Assembly: GCA_964630475.1 (NCBI GenBank)
Contig: CAZVVH010000011.1
Coordinates: forward strand, 1-18,089
Direction: 5' to 3'
DNA: 18,089 bases
Source of the DNA: an uncultured Oscillospiraceae bacterium
GTDB taxonomy: Bacteria > Bacillota > Clostridia > Oscillospirales > Oscillospiraceae
A model generated the notes under the pieces. The model ran no database searches, was not told the origin of the DNA, and worked only from the letters and a program-made list of their open reading frames with translations. The position numbers and the translations under genes were made by a program. Positions 15,667-18,089 of the stretch are shown here, in pieces. The first letter of the stretch is position 1. Every line of letters starts with the position of its first letter.

Positions 15667-17214
15667 ATGGAAAAAAGACAGAATCGGCTGACGGATGCAG
15701 TGACAGAAAAGCTGCCAATTTTAATTGTGATTTTCTGCGTGATCCAGCCTGTGCTGGATGTGATGGGTTATTGGCAGGTGAAGCTGGAGATTTCCAATGT
15801 GGTAACCCTCCTTCTGCGGATGGGGCTGCTCTGTGGCAGTGTGCTGCTGGGGTTTATTCTGTCCAAGCGGAAATGGGTCTACTGGGTTATGGCAGGTGTG
15901 CTGGGCGTGTTCACCATCGGGCACATTATCTCCTGTATTCAGGCGGGGTATTTGAACCCGGTGGACGATCTGATGAATCAGATCCGCATCTTCCTGCTGC
16001 CCCTTACCGCCCTTTGCTTTATCACCTTCCTGCAAAGCAATGAGAAGGTGTTCCCTGCGCTGAAGCTGGGGCTTGTGCTGGCCTTGGCCGTGATTGTCCT
16101 GGTGCAGATCATCAGCACAGTGACCGGCACCGATCCTCATACCTATACGGCCAAGGGCTATGGCGTACTGGGCTGGTTCATGTGGACCAATACCCAGAGC
16201 GCGGTGCTCTGCATTTTGGCACCCATTGCCATTGCCTGGTCGCTGAACCGCTGGAAGGACAAGGTGCTTCCGGTGCTGTGTACTGCCCTGGTTTCCATGG
16301 GGGCACTGTATTTCCTGGCGCCCCGCCTGTCCTATGCCGGCCTGGTGGCGGCCGGGGTGGGCATGGCAGTTTCCCTCCTCATTGTGGATCGGAAGCGGTT
16401 TAAGCAGGCCGCGGCGGTTTTCCTGTGCGCGGTGCTCTTTGTGGGGCTGTACCCGGTTTCGGCCACCTACCGCAATCAGGAGGCCATCTCGGAGGACGAT
16501 GCCGAAAAACAGAATCAGGTCAGCCGCATTATCCAGTCCAGCAGCGTTTCTGTTATTCGCCCGGGATCCAGCAACGAAGAGGATGTCGAGCTGAGCGAGG
16601 AGGAAGAGGACGCATTCTGGAGCGTCTATGAGGAGATCTATTCCCCTTATGTGAAGGGGGTTATCAATAAATTTGGAATCCAGCGGGTGGTGGAGGCCTA
16701 TGATTACTCTATCAATGTGGACGAGATCGGCGGCAACCGGCTGAAAAAGATCACCTTCTGCAAGCTGCTGCTGGAGGATTCCCCCAAGTCCGCCTATTTG
16801 TTCGGCATGGAGCTGGACCGGATGCAGGCGGAGATTGACGTCTACGACTGGAGCGCCGGGGTATGGACCAAGGGAATGGAGAATTTTGACGTGGAGAACG
16901 ACCTGCACGGCATCTTCTTCCTCTGCGGCGGCGTGGGTCTGGTGCTGATGATCCTGTTTTTGGCCTACTTTGGCCTGCGGGCCATTTGGGCGTTGATCCG
17001 GGATTTCAAGTCCTATTTCACTCTGGATTTGGCGGCGCTGGCCATTGGCTACTGCTGTTCCATCGTCCATATCTATTGCACCGCCTCTCTGCTCCGGCGG
17101 AATAACGGCTCCGTCTATCTGGCGCTGCTGCTGGCGGCCAGTTGGTACCTGACCCAAAAGAAGTTTTCCAAAAAGGCGGCTTTGAAAGAGGCTTCAAAAG
17201 AGGAGAAGACATGA
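15667..17214 (+). CDS. O-antigen ligase/polymerase-like (Wzy_C-type) polytopic membrane protein, paralog 2
   Basis: 515 aa. It is colinear with paralog 1, with roughly two-thirds identical residues by eye over the N-terminal ~280 aa and the C-terminal ~110 aa. It has the same ENDLHGIFFLCGGVGLVLMILF motif. AAAGGA RBS sits 8 nt upstream. Confidence 0.8.
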   Translation: MEKRQNRLTDAVTEKLPILIVIFCVIQPVLDVMGYWQVKLEISNVVTLLLRMGLLCGSVLLGFILSKRKWVYWVMAGVLGVFTIGHIISCIQAGYLNPVDDLMNQIRIFLLPLTALCFITFLQSNEKVFPALKLGLVLALAVIVLVQIISTVTGTDPHTYTAKGYGVLGWFMWTNTQSAVLCILAPIAIAWSLNRWKDKVLPVLCTALVSMGALYFLAPRLSYAGLVAAGVGMAVSLLIVDRKRFKQAAAVFLCAVLFVGLYPVSATYRNQEAISEDDAEKQNQVSRIIQSSSVSVIRPGSSNEEDVELSEEEEDAFWSVYEEIYSPYVKGVINKFGIQRVVEAYDYSINVDEIGGNRLKKITFCKLLLEDSPKSAYLFGMELDRMQAEIDVYDWSAGVWTKGMENFDVENDLHGIFFLCGGVGLVLMILFLAYFGLRAIWALIRDFKSYFTLDLAALAIGYCCSIVHIYCTASLLRRNNGSVYLALLLAASWYLTQKKFSKKAALKEASKEEKT

Positions 17215-18089
17215 GAGAGAAGGAAAACCTGTGGCTCAGCGTGGTGATTCCCGTTTACAACGTGGAGGACTACCTTTCCAAGTGCCTGGATTCCGTGCTG
17301 GCCCAGGACTGCAAGGATGTGGAGATCATCTTGGTGGACGACGGCTCCCAGGATCATAGCGGTGAAATCTGCGATGGCTATGCCCAGGCCCACCCCGAGC
17401 TGATCCGGGTCCACCATGGAGAAAACGGCGGCGTGGGGGTGGCTAGAAATACCGGCCTATCCATGGCCCGGGGAAGCTATCTCTTCTTTCTGGACAGCGA
17501 CGACTATATCCACCCCGATATGTTCCGTATCCTCCGGGCGAAAGCGGTGGAGGGGAACTGCGATATCATCACCTTTGGCCGGGCAATGGACAAAGACGGG
17601 GTCATTTCCCACCCTTATGTGGATCCCTTGCCCACAGATCGGATTTTTTCCCTGCGGGATACCCGGGCGCTTTTCTTTGTTGAGCCGAATCCCTGGGGGC
17701 GGCTGTGGAAACGCAGCCTGTTTACCGGCAGCGGCATTCGCTTCCCCAGCAAGGTGTGGTATGAGGACATCCGCACCACGATTAAATTGATCGCCCTGGC
17801 GAATCAGGTTGCTGCCGTGCCGGAGGTGCTCTACTACTATGTGGAGCGGCCAAATTCCATCATGCGCAACGTGAATTTGGAGCGCAACCGGGAGATCCTG
17901 GATGCCTTTGAGGATTTACTGAGCTGGTATGAGACCCAAGGGCTGGCAGATACTTATGGGGAGGAGCTGGAGGCGCTGACCGTTTATCATGTGCTGCTGG
18001 CGGCTTCGGTACGGGTACTGCGCATTGACCGGAAATCGGAGCTGCTTCGGGAGTTTTACGACTATACAACGGGGCGCTTTCCCAATTGG
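17211..18089 (+). CDS. Glycosyltransferase family 2 (partial, continues past the right edge)
   Basis: My own translation gives MREKENLWLSVVIPVYNVEDYLSKCLDSVLAQDCKDVEIILVDDGSQDHSGEICDGY...NGGVGVARNTGLSMARGSYLFFLDSDDY, the classic GT2 N-terminus with a DxD. The ATG overlaps the upstream stop (ATGA at 17211-17214). The frame stays open for 293 codons to the window end. It is not in the supplied ORF track. Confidence 0.88.
   Translation, partial: MREKENLWLSVVIPVYNVEDYLSKCLDSVLAQDCKDVEIILVDDGSQDHSGEICDGYAQAHPELIRVHHGENGGVGVARNTGLSMARGSYLFFLDSDDYIHPDMFRILRAKAVEGNCDIITFGRAMDKDGVISHPYVDPLPTDRIFSLRDTRALFFVEPNPWGRLWKRSLFTGSGIRFPSKVWYEDIRTTIKLIALANQVAAVPEVLYYYVERPNSIMRNVNLERNREILDAFEDLLSWYETQGLADTYGEELEALTVYHVLLAASVRVLRIDRKSELLREFYDYTTGRFPNW

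Noticed and set aside
17416-17790. A 124-aa plus-strand ORF listed in the track.
   Set aside because: It is out of frame with, and fully inside, the clearly recognisable GT2 reading frame that starts at 17211. Its translation is Trp-, Pro- and Cys-rich junk.
1-18089. A scan for CRISPR arrays, tRNA or rRNA genes, IS elements, transposases or integrases, and recognisable defence or toxin-antitoxin genes.
   Set aside because: I found no regularly spaced direct repeats, no cloverleaf-like or rRNA-like segments in the intergenic regions, and no recombinase, nuclease or toxin motifs in any frame I read. The 70-aa XRE has no co-oriented partner gene that would make it a typical antitoxin.

Overview
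An 18.1 kb chromosomal segment from a high-GC, spore-forming Firmicute. It carries spoIIID, and by eye the codon usage and proteins look like a gut Clostridia or Oscillospiraceae-type anaerobe. I support 19 coding regions, including a 7-codon fragment at the left edge, one unlisted 46-aa sORF, and an open-ended GT2 gene missing from the ORF track.

Gene order:
- Divergent partial gene at the left edge.
- FadH-type 2,4-dienoyl-CoA-reductase-like flavoenzyme, then an EamA/DMT transporter, then a MATE efflux pump, ending at a strong bidirectional terminator.
- A ~1.4 kb low-GC islet: an XRE repressor divergent from a sORF, DUF2500-like membrane protein and lipoprotein operon. It has three 17-bp operator-like palindromes and a 14-bp perfect hairpin.
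- icd (NADP isocitrate dehydrogenase) and rubrerythrin.
- A second, enoate-reductase-type OYE fusion enzyme, then a LysR regulator, an SDR and a DABB-barrel protein.
- spoIIID on the minus strand, with a sigma-E-like promoter.
- An envelope-glycan cluster: GT4, two tandem paralogous O-antigen-ligase-like (Wzy_C-type) membrane proteins, and a partial GT2.

I saw no rRNA, tRNA, CRISPR array, transposase or integrase, and no recognisable defence or toxin genes.

The most unusual parts are the XRE-controlled low-GC islet, the ene-reductase/LysR/SDR/DABB cluster, and the duplicated ligase-like genes. Nothing here can be proven novel from sequence alone. All family assignments come from motif recognition by eye and need HMM or BLAST confirmation.
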